A stretch of DNA of 64,000 bases from Eledone cirrhosa (taxonomy: Eukaryota), in contig OZ024749.1 of NCBI GenBank assembly GCA_964016885.1, positions 310,001 through 374,000 on the forward strand. Direction: 5' to 3'. The translations under genes and the position numbers were made by a program. How positions within the stretch are numbered: the stretch's first letter is position 1; the number at the start of each line of letters is the position of its first letter. The notes below the pieces were generated by a model. That model was not told where the DNA came from, searched no databases, and saw only the letters and a list, made by a program, of their open reading frames with translations. This document shows positions 35,690 to 50,616 of the stretch, piece by piece.

Positions 35690-38600
35690 TATATATATAT
35701 ATATAAATCTGAGGATGTGTGTGTTAAGGTTTGTAACGGATTCACGTCCACAATTTCCAACGGATTCTATTCAAAGTCGGGACAATTATTGCTTTGGTCA
35801 TGAAATTTCAAATCCATCAATAATAAGGGCAAAAATCGATCATAATCATTCCCCCTCTCTATAATTTAACTGCTTTACTCTCTCTGTCACTCTTCACTCC
35901 CTATATGACAACACTGCAGAGAGAGAAACAATGTGTATGATCAAATGGAGCATTCCGTATATTCCCTCTCTCTATAATTTAACTGCTTTACTCTCTCTCT
36001 CGCTCTTCACCCCCTATATGACAACACTGCAGTGGAGCGTTCCGTATTGACATACGGCTTATCTGGGGTATTTTCAATCGGCTTATTGCAAATAACAACC
36101 CACAAAATAACACTTCATATAACAGATTAATACTATAGACATATGAATCGGAATGTAACCCGTGAACCTTTTCCTGGGTAAAATTATTCGAACAGACATG
36201 ACCTCATTGCCAGAGTGTTCAGACTGAAACACGCTAAACTCATGGTTTTAATCAAAAAGGGTCAGGTATTTGGGGTTGTAAAATGTGACATGTTCACCGT
36301 CGAATGGCAAAAACGAGGGCTGCCACATGCTCACATTTTGATTTGGTTAGCTGATAAAATCAATTCAAATGCAATAGACAGCTTCATTTCGGCTGAAATC
36401 CCTAACCCAGCAACTGACCAGGAAGTACATGACCTCATCAAAGCTAACATGGTCCGTGTGCGTTGGGTCCTAATGAGCATCACACGTGTCTGAAAAGCGG
36501 GAGGGGCGGTCGTGCAGTAAGGGATACCCAAAAAAATTTGTTGACCAGACTCAGACTGGTTGCGACGGATACCCCTTGTACAGGCGGAGACGGCCCGAGA
36601 ACGGTGGTTTCACCACAACAGTAAAGGGAGGTCAAGTTGACAATAGATGGGTGGTCCTTTACTGCCAGCTTCTCTTGAAGATGTTCAATGCCCACATCAA
36701 CGTTCAGTTTTGCAACTCCGTCAAGTCGATAAAATACATATGCAAATATGTAAATAAGGGTTCTGATGCCGCAATGTTGGCATTTCAAGCTGAAAATAGC
36801 AGGGACGAAGTCACAGAATACCTGGCGGGGCGGTACATCAGTAGCAATGAAGCTTTTTGGCGCCTATTTGGTTTACCCCTACACCAATGTCACCCCGCCA
36901 GCGTACAGCTTGCGGTACATTTGGAAAATGGGCAAAGGGTTTACTTTACGGACCAAACCGCCGCCAAGTTGGCCGCCGATCCGAAAGAGACCACTCTGAC
37001 GGGTTTCTTCAAACTTTGTCAGTTCAATACATTTGCGCAAACAATTGTGTACCCCAGGTTCCATCCTACTTTATATGGTCGAAAAACACTTGGGTGCAAA
37101 GAAAGTCAGGTCAGGCTGTTGAAAGACATCCTGGTGTAAAATTTGACAGCTGTCTTGGAAGGGTTTACACTGTGCCCCCAAGTGAGCATGAGTGCTTTCA
37201 TCTCCACCTTCTTCTGCATGAAGTTGGTTATAGACCCACAAAGTTTTCAGGACCTCAAAACTGTTGATAGAGAAATATGTGATACGTACCGGGAAGCCTG
37301 CTTTAAGCCTGGTCATTTGGAAGATGATTCGCAATGGGATTCCACTTTAGCAGAGGGTGCTTTGTTGAAATCCCCTAAAGGTCTACGGGAACTCTTTGCC
37401 ATTTTGCTTCAAAAGTGTGAATTGGGTGATCCCAAATCTTTATGAGTCAAGTACAGAGACTTCATGTCTGAGGACTTCCTGCACCTGGCTCATCTGCAGT
37501 ATCCTTCAGGGGAAGTTGGTTACAACGACATTATCTACAACTGGGCACTCATTGATATCGAGGATGCCCTCCTTGACATCGGTGGGAGTGAGTTGGCAAC
37601 GTATGGCTTGCCGTCAACCGTCAGAGAGGAAGCTAACACGTTGGCCCTGGATTTGTTGCGGGAAACAGCATATGACATCGAATCTCTTTCCCAATACTTA
37701 GAGGAAAATGACCTCAAACTTCTGTCGGACCAAAGGTTGGCCTATTTAACTATCATTGACGCTGTTCAAAATCAGACTGGGGGTATTTACTTTCTCGATG
37801 CTCCTTGGGGTACCGGAAAAACTTTTGTAACGAAACTGATTCTCGCTAAGATTAGTCAGGAGAAAAAAATTGCGTTGGCCGTTGCTTCGTCCGGGATCAC
37901 TGCTACTTTGCTGCTGGGAGGCAGGACAGCACATTCAACCTTTAAACTCCCCTTGGATTTAGTAAAAACTGAGACACCAACATGCAATATCAGCAAGAGT
38001 TCACACGAAACTCTGGTTCTCAAAAAATGTTGCTTCATTGTTTGGGATGAGTCCACATTAGCACACAAGGGTGCCCTTGAGGCATTGGACAGGAGCCTGA
38101 AAGACATTAAGGATTCTACGGCTCCTATGGGTGGCGTAACCCTTCTCCTATCAGGGGATTTTCGGCAAACGCTGCCTGTTATCTCCAAAGGGACAAGAGC
38201 TGATGAAGTGCGTGCCTGCCTTAAGTCGTCCATGTTGTGGCTCCAGGTGAAGAGTTTGTACCTGAGCACAAATATACATGCTCATTTGCATGGTGACAAC
38301 ATGTCTGCAGCATTTGCTCAGAACATTTTAGCACTTGGTGAGGGCAAGGTCCCTGCGGATGACAAGGGCGGCATAGCAATCGACTCCCTGTGCAACATTG
38401 TGAGCAGCCCTTCTGACCTTTGGGAAGCAGTTTTTCCTAATGTCTCATCTAACTTTAAAAAGTTTGATTGGCTCAGCGAAAGAGCCATCCTTGGCTTCGA
38501 AAAATACCATGGTTAATTTTATTAATGAGCAGCTGATTGAGAAGATTCCCAGTAAAGAGCACATCTTCAAATGTATTGACCGGACGTCAGACCCCGGCGA

Positions 38601-39400
38601 TATCATTAATTATCCGGTTGAGTTATTAAATTCCCTTGAGCCCCCAGGGACCCACCTCACATTCTTAAGCTTAAGGTTGGCTGTCCCATTATGCTAATAA
38701 GGAACTTGCGTCCACCAAAGCAGTGCAACGGTACTCGCATGGTCGTCAAGTCACTGATGCCCCACTTGATTGAGGCCACCATTGTAACGGGGTGCGGGAG
38801 AGGGGAGAATGTTTTAATTCCAAGGATGAACCTTTTCCCCTCGGCGTCAGATATACCGTTTGATTTCCGGTGATCCAAATTCCCAGTGAGACCATGTTTT
38901 GCCATGTCCATTAACAAGTCACAAGGGCAAACATTGTCGGTGGCGGGCATCCATTTGGGGGAGCCATGCTTCTCCCATAGCCAACTTTATGTTGCCTGTT
39001 CCCGCGTAGGGAGCAGGAATGGACTTTTTGCTTACACTCCTCAAGGGATGACACGCAATATTGTCTACAAGGAGGTGCTATAGATGTTGGTGCAGGTGTT
39101 GGAGCTATGCCATCTGGAAAACTATTTCCTGGTAGGGTCACCCATGGCGGACAGATCTGACACCCAGCGGCATCAGAGCCACCATCTTGCAACTTTGGTC
39201 TACTAAATTCACTATTGGAAGATTATTAAGCCATCATTGATTGTCCAAAATGCTAATTGGTTCGTAACTTTTAATAACCGGTTCAACTGCTTTATGCACT
39301 ACTTAATTGATAAGCTTATTCGCTTTCAAGCCACGTTTACCTGTATGTAACTTTTCATAGCAAATGAAGAAACCCGAGCAACGCCGGGCTAAACTGCTAG
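35690..39400 (+). mobile_element. Decayed Helitron (Rep HUH plus PIF1 helicase), a second family
   Basis: [83 protein letters not shown]; 3' hairpin CCCGAGCAACGCCGGG plus CTAG|T at 39400. Confidence 0.93.
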
Positions 39401-39426
<26 letters not shown>

Positions 39427-39431
<5 letters not shown>

Positions 39432-42400
39432 GAAAAAGTGAGGAATAACATGGTCAACAGTACAAAAAAAGGATTTATTTACAGTCTGGCAATTGTTTCA
39501 CTGATTAAGTTGTCTAAAAATTACTGAACACAAATCCTGTAAAAATCCACTGAACAACCCACAACTTGATGCCTTTGAACTTGACCTCATGAACATGATA
39601 AAAGAAACTAAATTCAAAAAACAAATGCATCATAACAAGCTGCAAAATAACATCAATGCACTACTAAAAAAATTGTGTAACACCAATGGTATTATAGTAA
39701 AGGCAGACAAAACATCAAACGTATACACCATGAGGCTTAATACATACAACAACTTTATACGGCGTGAATTACATAAAAAATACAAGAAAACTACAGAGTC
39801 TACACTCAATAACATTAACAAGGAAGGGCTTAACATAGTAAAAAAACTTAAAATATCCGATAGAACCGAACTTCTAACCCCTTGTAAACCCACTTTTAAT
39901 CTGAAGGATCATAAATGCAACTTCGAAACTGACTCTACTATTTGATTAATATGTCCATCAAAATCAGATATAGGCAAAATTAGCAAGTTTATACTAGATA
40001 GAATAATACCACAAATTAAAGAAAAACTAATAATTAAGCTCTGGGGTAACACTAATGAAGCAATAGATTGGTTTAATAAATTAGACAATAGAGAATCTTC
40101 CGACTTCATACAATTTGACATTAATGACTACTACTCTTCTATTTCCCCAGTAACCCTAAATAAGGCACTATCCTTTGCACAAAAGAACTCTGACCTATCA
40201 CCAGAGGAAATTAAAATAACACTAGCTGCTAGAAGAACAATCATTAGGTTCAATAATAGTTACTGGGAAAGAAAAAATAGACAAATTAACTTTGATAACA
40301 AAAATAGACAAATTAACTATGGGATTGAATGATTCAACCCAAGTCACGGGCATTGTTGGAATATATATAGCACATATCTTACATAAGGAATTTGATAACC
40401 TACAAGAAGGAATTTATAGAGATGATACATTACTTTTAGCTAAAAACCTAAATAATCAAAACTTAGAAAGATTACGGAAAAGGATTAGAACATTCCTTAA
40501 TAAATTAGGCCTTAACATCACTTTTAAACTCAACTCTAAAAAAGCTAACTTCTTAGATGTATCGCTTAACCTAAACACTGGACTAATAGAATCCTTCCAT
40601 GAAAATAATGAAAATTTAGCTTACATTAATTATAACTCTAATCACCCTCGATCCATAATTAACTCCATAGCACATAGTATATACCTTAGAATCTCGCGCT
40701 TATCTTCTAATCTAGAGATTTTTAACGAACACGCTAACTACTATATCATAGCTTTACTTAAGGCAGGCCATAAAGAGAGACTCAAATACATACCAGATAC
40801 AAAAAATAACAACACACTTAATAGAAATAACACTATCCACACCTATAGAAGCAACAAATCTAGGATTAAAAATAAAAAATTGGCAACAAGCACGAGAATT
40901 AATTGAACAGAATACTAATATAAAGACCACTAAAAACTATAGAAGATGCAGAGATAGAAACTACTTATGGTTCAATCCGATGTTTAACTCCTCTATAAAA
41001 ACTAAGCTACTTTACACTTTCTTGAAATTAGTTGACAAACACTTCCCTAAAATTCATAAATATCATAAAATCTTTAATAGAAAAACTATCAAACTATCTT
41101 ACTCCACTGCCAACAACATAGAATCGCACATACATAAAATTAACTATAAGAGAATTTATAATACAAGTAGCCCGCAAATAAGTACCATAACACCAAATAC
41201 AAAACACAAACATATAACATCATCACAACCAAACACACATCAGAGTACATCACCACAATACATCAACAAACCCAATTCTCAGCCCATACATAACAACATA
41301 CAAAACCACATCGAGGAACCGGCGCATATGAAAGCATTAAAATGTAACTGTCATCTACCTGTTAAATGCCCATTACAAAATAGATGCCTGGAGTCAAATA
41401 TAGTGTACCTATGTACTATAAATTCAGGCAGCTTAGCATGGCACTACATAGGTTCCACAGCGGGGGAGTTCAAGAAAAGGTGGTATGTCCATAGACACTC
41501 TATGAATAACAGGAAGCTCATGAATACAACAACACTCGCCAATAAAATCTGGCAACTCAGAGATGCAAACCTGGAATACAGAATCAGCTGGACGAAGTTA
41601 TCAACGCCAATGACCTATAGAATTGGCATGTCCCACTGTGGTCTTTGTAATCTGGAACTTTTCCAAATTTTAAATTACAACAAAATGCTACTTAACAGCA
41701 AAATTGAAAGAACTATTTTCTGTAGGCATAAAACGGCGAGCAAATTTGAGAACTTTAGACCAACTTAATTCATCCCATCTATTCCATAACTCAAATTGTA
41801 CCACTTAGATCTATTATAATATCCTATTACATCATTATTATTATAATTGTCACCATCTGTCAATGGACCAACATCATAACTTCTTATATTTTACATTCAT
41901 ATTTTATATATCTCTATCTTTCACTCTCAATCTTTCTATTTCTCTCCCTAAATTTATTTCATCTCTTGCATTTTATCATATCGTATTATTTTCACTTCTA
42001 ATATAACTTGCAATTAATTAATCAAATAATTAATTAATTATATAATTAATTTATTAAAATAACCAATACACACATAAATATATTTAACATTTTCATGTTT
42101 ATACCTTCATATCTTTATATTTTAACCACCAACACCACAACCACTCTCAATAATCTTACTATGTTTACTTTTCTTCACACATTTTTTATTTATTCATTTT
42201 CATATTTTGTATTGCTTTGTATCATCCTCGATGTAACTTGTCTATTAACATTTATTCATTTATTAGCATTTATTCATTTATTGTTAATATCATTATTTTC
42301 CCTTTATTTTTATTTTTATTTACCTTTATTTCTCCTTTATCCTTTTCTCTCCTCTTTCTATCCGCCTTTCTCTATATCTTTCTCTGTTTTCCTTTCTCCT

Positions 42401-42673
42401 TATTCTTTTTTCTTTTCTCTATCGCTCTTTCTTTTTTCTCTCTCTATCTTTATTATTAATATTATTAATGATGCTGTAATTTGAATTCATAAATTACCGG
42501 ACATATAACAGTTATCTCCGATGATCTGGTTAAGCTAACAATGTATTTGAAATTGAGTGGCACTGCTTCAAGTGTTCAGCAATTTTTAGACAACTTAATC
42601 AGTGAAACAATTATCAGACTGTAAATAAATCCTTTTTTGTACTGTTGACCATGTTATTCTTAACATTTTCAAT
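39427..42673 (+). mobile_element. Naiad-type Penelope-like element, 5'-truncated and frameshifted, with an inverted partial pLTR at the 5' end (39427-39531)
   Basis: KADKTSN, LKDHK, P.KSDIGKISK.ILD, FIQFDI..YY.SI, GIYRDD, NFLDV, SNHP, WFNP, KHFP..H.Y.KIFNR, CNC..CPL..CL..NIVY, YIGST..FKKR, CGLC..E, FCRH. Confidence 0.9.
42508..42622 (+). ncRNA. Hammerhead motif with a 77-nt branched stem II in the Naiad pLTR
   Basis: ACAGTTATCT-CCGATGA-T-CTGGTTAAG...CTTAATCAG-T-GAAAC-AATT-ATC-AGACTGT, then AATAAA. Confidence 0.7.
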
Positions 42674-42767
42674 GTTAAGTCAAACAACACCATACGCTAA
42701 AACTATCCATAATATGAAGTGTTCACAACCTCTACCTGGATTACCTATAACGATATTTTGTTATCCC

Positions 42768-44010
<1,243 letters not shown>

Positions 44011-44048
44011 TATATATATATATATATATATATTCATATATATATATA

Positions 44049-44519
44049 TTGATTAATGTTCAGAGCCATCCTCAGCATTCTCGTGTAGCACCCATCCACC
44101 ATCTGAGTGAGTTTCTTGGTAGTGTCCAAGTCTCAGACCCATACAGCAGCACAGACTCCACTACAGCAATGAAGAGGCGGATTTTCAGGCCTCTACGAAG
44201 TATACACTGAGTATGAAAAACTCAGAGCTGTATGGGAGCATCCCAAAAGTCAGCTCAAAAGTGACACAGAGGAGACTGAGGTTAGCTGGACATGCTCACC
44301 GACATCCAGAGTTAATATTGCACTCAGTGCTCCTTTGGGATCCCCTACATGGACACACTAGAAGAGGAAGACCAAGGTTAACGTATGTTGATGCCCTAAG
44401 GACAGATACTGGTCTATTGGAGACGCAGGACATGGCAGCAATAATGAGGGACAGAGACCGCTGGTGAGAACTCGTCCATGGATCTCGGGAATTTTACCCG
44501 CCTTAGAATAGAATAGAGA

Positions 44520-44520
<1 letters not shown>
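44049..44520 (+). mobile_element. RTE-like LINE family B with a 5' inversion (44050-44192 minus, 44200-44503 plus)
   Basis: The outer end of the inverted part (..AACATTAATCA) adjoins the start of the plus part (GTATACACTGAG) in the uninverted sequence at 27549-27571. Confidence 0.88.
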
Positions 44521-44550
<30 letters not shown>

Positions 44551-44583
44551 CATATATATTTATTCATATATATATATGTATTC

Positions 44584-44615
<32 letters not shown>

Positions 44616-44626
44616 TTCTTTGCAGT

Positions 44627-44971
44627 GAAGGCGCATGGCTTAGTGGTTAGAGCATTGGGCTTGCAATCGAAAGGTTGTGAGTTCAATTCTCAGACCGGGT
44701 GATGTGTTGTTTCCTTGAGCAAGACACTTTATTTCACATTATAGATAGGGGTCCCTATCATTCCACTGCAAAATGGTCGTGGAGGTGCCATGGCACAAAA
44801 GCACTCAGCACTGGTTAGTGTTAGGAAGGGCATCCATCTGTATAAATCAAGCCAGAATCAGTTCCCGTATAAGCAAGACAAGGTTAGCCAACCGGACACT
44901 ACCCACAACAGGACAACCCGTCTACCCCATGCTAGCGTGGGAGAAAGGACGTAAAATGGTGATGATGATGA
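44627..44971 (+). mobile_element. CORE-SINE with an RTE A3 tail
   Basis: Same head as 11182, but the tail matches the reverse complement of 2088-2230. Confidence 0.85.
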
Positions 44972-45069
44972 TATATACAGTCCGAAGTCATTCATCAGAA
45001 AGGAAAATTTGAGGTTGCCTGCCTTCATGAAGCCTTGGGTATGGAATAACGGGCTATAACAGAAGCATT

Positions 45070-46408
45070 TCAGACTGGCTGCCTATGGGAACTTCTATGT
45101 GCAGATGATCTCACTCTCATAGCTGAATCTATGGCTGAACTAGAGATGAAATTCCAAACATGGAAGCATGACCTAGAATCAAAAGGTCTTAGAGTTAACT
45201 TGTCTAAGACTAAAGTTCTAGTATGTAGAAAGGAGAATAGGGCACAGGTGCCCACTGGGAAATGGCCATTCTCAGTGTGTAAGAAGGGAGTAGGTTTAAG
45301 TTTGTATGCAACTGCACGGCGTCAAAGATCTCAATCCAGTGACATTGTCTTAGAGAGGTGTAAGTGAGCAAGGTCAGTTTATATCACTTCGTCCCAGGTT
45401 TTTCTTGGTCTACCCACTCCGTAGCTTCCATCAGTTTTGATTGCTCCACACTTTTTTATACAGCTGTTGACCTTCATATGCATCACATGTCCATACCAAC
45501 ACAATCTCCTCTCCAGAAAACAACATTTGATACCTCTTATGCTTAGTCTCTCTCTCAATTCATTTATGCTTTACCATTCGAGTACATTACTATTACACAT
45601 CCATCGGAGCATGCAAGCTTCATTTCTTTCTAATCTACGCAAGTCTTCAGTACACAATGGTCTAACTACCATGTAACATTGCTATTTGTATACAACCATC
45701 GTACAATCTGCCTTTCATTTTCAGAGAAAAACTCCTTGTGGCCAACAGCAGTATTAGCTCTCTGAACTTTTTCCATCCCGTTCTAACTCTGGCTACTACA
45801 CTTTCAGAGCACCCTCCTTCACTGCTGATTTTGTCACCCAGGTAACAGAAAGTGACTACTATTTCTATAGAACCATATGGGCAGTCGAAGGAGCTATCAT
45901 CCAGTGGGTCCTTGCTACTTACTGCACCTGAGCATCAGCCACATATAAAATCTACATTCTTAGATAGCTTACCTGTGATCCCACTACATCTTTTATGTAC
46001 CCATAGTTTGCATTTGGGGCATAGAATGGAATTTCTACCTACTCCCTTTTTAAACATTGAGCATGACCATTTCCTAGTGGGCACCTGTGCCCTATTCTCC
46101 TTTCTACATACTAGAACTTTAGTCTTAGACAAGTTGACTTTTAATTCTAGGCCATGCTTCCATGTTTGGAACTTCTTCTCTAGTTCAGCCATAGATTCAG
46201 CTATGAGAGTTAGATCATCTGCATATAGAAGTTCCCATGGCAGCCAGTCTTAAACCCCTCTGTTATGGCCTGAAGGGCAATAATAAACAGGAGGGGGATG
46301 AGGATGGAGCCTTGGTGAACCCCTACTATTACACTAAATTCTTCACTATATTCATTGTTAATTCTAACCTTGCTGACTGTTCCTCTATTCATGGCTTGTA
46401 TGGCTTTC
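45070..46408. mobile_element. Two abutting RTE A1 fragments (45070-45294 plus, 45295-46408 minus)
   Basis: ORFs 45131-45367 (+), 45935-46192 (-) and 46210-46410 (-). Confidence 0.85.
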
Positions 46409-46734
46409 ACAATATATATATCATCAATGTTTTAATGTTGACTTTCCCTGCTAGCAAGGGTTTGACAGTTCTACATAGACCAAGTCTGTACTAAACTAGG
46501 GCTTACCGACCTTCCAGACTGGCGAGCAGTTCTGCATCCCACTTATATACGGTTATATCAAGTGGAGATGAAAAGTTGTCATGTGTTTGACACGACCGAA
46601 AGTTCCTCCCAACACCCTTGCTGGCAAGCTTTCTATAGCTGGATATCCTATCACCACTTTACAGTATGTTATTTTTCATTGATCACCAACTGTTTATATC
46701 TATATTTAATTCTGTGAATATTTGTATTTCAAAG

Positions 46735-46801
46735 GACAGCATCTCAAGTGGAATCTCACAACACACAGAGAAAACAAGGCTGTTCCATAAAAGTGCCAAA
46801 T
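46735..46801 (+). CDS. Probable host gene exon D, VPS9 domain; DSISSGISQHTEKTRLFHKSAK
   Basis: Acceptor gtatttcaaag|, donor |gtgagt. The phase-0 start fits exon C, and it is a non-repetitive island between RTE fragments. Confidence 0.6.
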
Positions 46802-46827
46802 GTGAGTATATATATATATATATATAT

Positions 46828-47274
46828 AATCATCATCATTTTACGTCTACTTTTCCTTGCAAGGGTGGGAAGGGTCCTTTTCAGCACAAGCATCTTTCCA
46901 TTCGCAACGGTCCTTTGTCATCTCCTCTGTGAGCTTTAGCAATTTTTGTGGTCTTCCTCTACTGCGTCTTCCTTCTACTGGAATTTCTTGGCAGTTCTTA
47001 ACCCAGCGGTCATCCTCCATGCGCATCACATGTCCATACCATCTCAGTCTTCTCTCCCGCACACTACAGTTTCTCTCTCAACTCGTCTATGCTTGATCAT
47101 TCACGCACATTGACATTGCACATCCAACGGAGCATACTTGCTTTATTTCTCTCCAGCCGTGGCATATCCATGCAGCATCACGCATCTCACACAGGCATCA
47201 TATAACTGGCCTTTCGTACGCAGGGAGAAACATCTCTTTGTCAACAGAGGAAGCAGCCCCCTAAACTTCTTCCA
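46828..47274 (-). mobile_element. RTE LINE family A2, 3' fragment with deletions
   Basis: [21 protein letters not shown] and (CAT)n. Confidence 0.88.
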
Positions 47275-47454
47275 TATGAAATTGAGAAAACTCATTGCTA
47301 GATCAAATTAAATTGTTGCAAACCATTTTGCTGGTTTGAGAGCTGATGAGGGTGAAGATGTGTGTGTGTAAACATCACCTTTATTTCCTTCTTCCAGTCA
47401 CTTTTGTGTGCCAACACACTTCTCCTTGTCCTCCTCCTCTTACAAACTTCTCTG

Positions 47455-47745
47455 TATATCATCTGCCTGTCACCTTGTGGATTGTATCTCTGTTGACCAC
47501 TGGCCACTGGTTTCAGTCCTCTGAGACATATATCATCTGCCTGTCACCTTGTGGATTGTATCTCTGTTGACCACTGACCGCTGGTTTCAGTCCTCTGAGA
47601 CATATATCATCTGCCTATCACCTTGTGGATTGTATCTCTGTTGACCACTGACCACTGGTTTCAGTCTTCTGAGACATATATTATCTGCCTGTCACCTTGT
47701 GGATTGTATCTCTGTTGACCACTGACCGCTGGTTTCAGTTCTCTC
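47455..47745. repeat. 74-bp minisatellite, about 4 copies
   Basis: ATCTGCCT recurs at 47461, 47535, 47609 and 47683. Confidence 0.93.
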
Positions 47746-47879
47746 AGCCATTTTTCCCATCGCTGTCATTGACAGCATTTAGTTGTTTTAATGGCTGTCA
47801 ATGACAGCGATGGATTTTCTCATTTTTATATGTATTCAAATAGTCTTGCTTCATCTTAATAAGAGATAACAATGTTTAT

Positions 47880-49006
<1,127 letters not shown>

Positions 49007-49009
49007 ATG

Positions 49010-50578
49010 AAAAATTTGAACAGGGACAGAACAGAGAGGCAGTACAATAAATGTTTATTAAATTCACGCTCAGGAGAGTGGGGGGTAGGTGGGGGACGAC
49101 GTTTCGGGCATAAGCCCTTCCTCAGGTGAGAAGTGTGTGGGAACAGAGTTCAAAAGGTGTGTAGGGGAGTGGTGGAGAGACATATAGCGAAAGGAAACGG
49201 TGCGAATGAAAAATTAACAAGTAAAGACAAAAAATATAAAAAACAAAAATAAAGCATGATCAAAATACAAGGAATGAGAAAATTTAAAAATAAAGGCATG
49301 ATCAAAATAAACTGAAATTAAAAGGGGGGTAAACAGGTGGTGGAAGGGTGTGGGGTGAGTAGGGGTGGTGGCGGGTGGAGTGGGGAGAGGGAGACGGGGT
49401 GTCCGAGCGGGGAGGGCTGAAGGTGGTGTGTGTGGTTAGGTGTGCGTGTGTGTGTGTATGTGAAAGTGAGGGTTGGGGGAAGAACGGGGTTGCATGTTCA
49501 GGAAGAGGTGTGTGTGGGGGGTGTTTTTGTGGGTCGGAGTGTCTGTGCGTGTGTGGATAGGGGGTGGGGGGAGAGGAATCAGGAGGCTGAGGGTGTAAAT
49601 ATGTGCTGGGAAGCACGTGTGTGTGGGGTTTAAGCGTGTTGTGGGTGTGGGTGGCGTGTGGAGAAAAAAAATTTTTAGGGTGTGTGTGTGGGTGAGTTAT
49701 ATAGGTGATAGCGTAAGAGGATGGTTGAAAAGTTGGTAAGTTCCACGGATGTTTGGAGATTTGGTTATAAGTCAATTTTGCGTGTAGGTAATCCAAGAAG
49801 CGGTGGTCGGAAGAGGAGAGATGTGGGGTGCGCGCGCAACAGGAAGTGGTCAGCAGTGGGAGTGCTGTGGTCAGTTGGTGCTGGGAGGTGGTCGGAAGGG
49901 CATAGCAGCAGTCGGTGGAATGGTAGGGAGGCGAGGATGGGTAGGTGTGAGAGTTGGAGTGAGGAGGGTGTGTGTGTGTGTATTAGTAGGGGTGTTAGTG
50001 GGATGAGTGAGTGTGGAGCGGGGAGAGAAGGGTGTGTGTGGTTCTATGGAGGGAGTGTGGTGTACTGGTGTGTGTGTAGTTTGGTGAAGAGGTGTTAGTG
50101 GGTGTTAGTATACGGGAGGTGGGGAGGGGTGGAATGCAGGTGTGAGTGGGGGTTAGTGGTGGTAGGGTGTGTAGAGTTGGTGGTGTACGAGGGTGTGTGG
50201 GTACGTGTGGGTGGGGTTGGGGGGTGTTAGTGATAGTTGCATGTGGGGTGGGTGGTGTAAGTGGGTGCGTGTGTGCGTGTGATAAGGAGGGGGGAGAAGA
50301 GGGGGGGTTAGTATGTTAGTTGGGGAAGGGTGGTCAGATGAGGGGTGGAGGTGTTAGTATTGTTAGTGTGGGGTGGGCGGTGAAAAGGAGGGGTGTGTTA
50401 GTGGTGTTGGTGGGGGATAAGTGTGGGGGGAGGGGGCGGTCGAACGCTAAAGGAATAAGGGTGGGGAGTTCAGGCCGGGGGGAGTGTGGGTCTGTAAGAT
50501 GAAGATAGTGCGTTGTTCGACCGTAAGGCGATGGGCGGGTGTCCCGTGGCACTGGAGTAGGCCACAGACTGTGAGATG
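49010..50578 (-). mobile_element. Neptune-type Penelope-like element, 3' end only, with a long CA-rich 3'UTR and a hammerhead motif (~49095-49130)
   Basis: A minus frame at ~50577-50447 reads HLTVCGLLQCHGTPAHRLTVEQRTIFILQTHTPPGLNS* (GIY-YIG C-terminus). CTGAGGA-A-GGGC ttat GCCC-GAAAC-GTC, with a downstream AATAAA. Confidence 0.8.
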
Positions 50579-50616
50579 GCGTATATATATATATATATGT
50601 ATGTATATATATATAT

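Noticed and set aside
37464-38516. Host PIF1 helicase
   Set aside because: It is linked to Rep HUH motifs and Helitron termini, and is frameshifted.
39943-39945. In-frame TGA in the Naiad RT as possible selenocysteine (some Naiads are reported to encode Sec)
   Set aside because: TI*LICP aligns to TCRLINP with the stop at the Arg position (probably CGA>TGA). The conserved cysteines are normal codons, the copy also has frameshifts, and I saw no SECIS.
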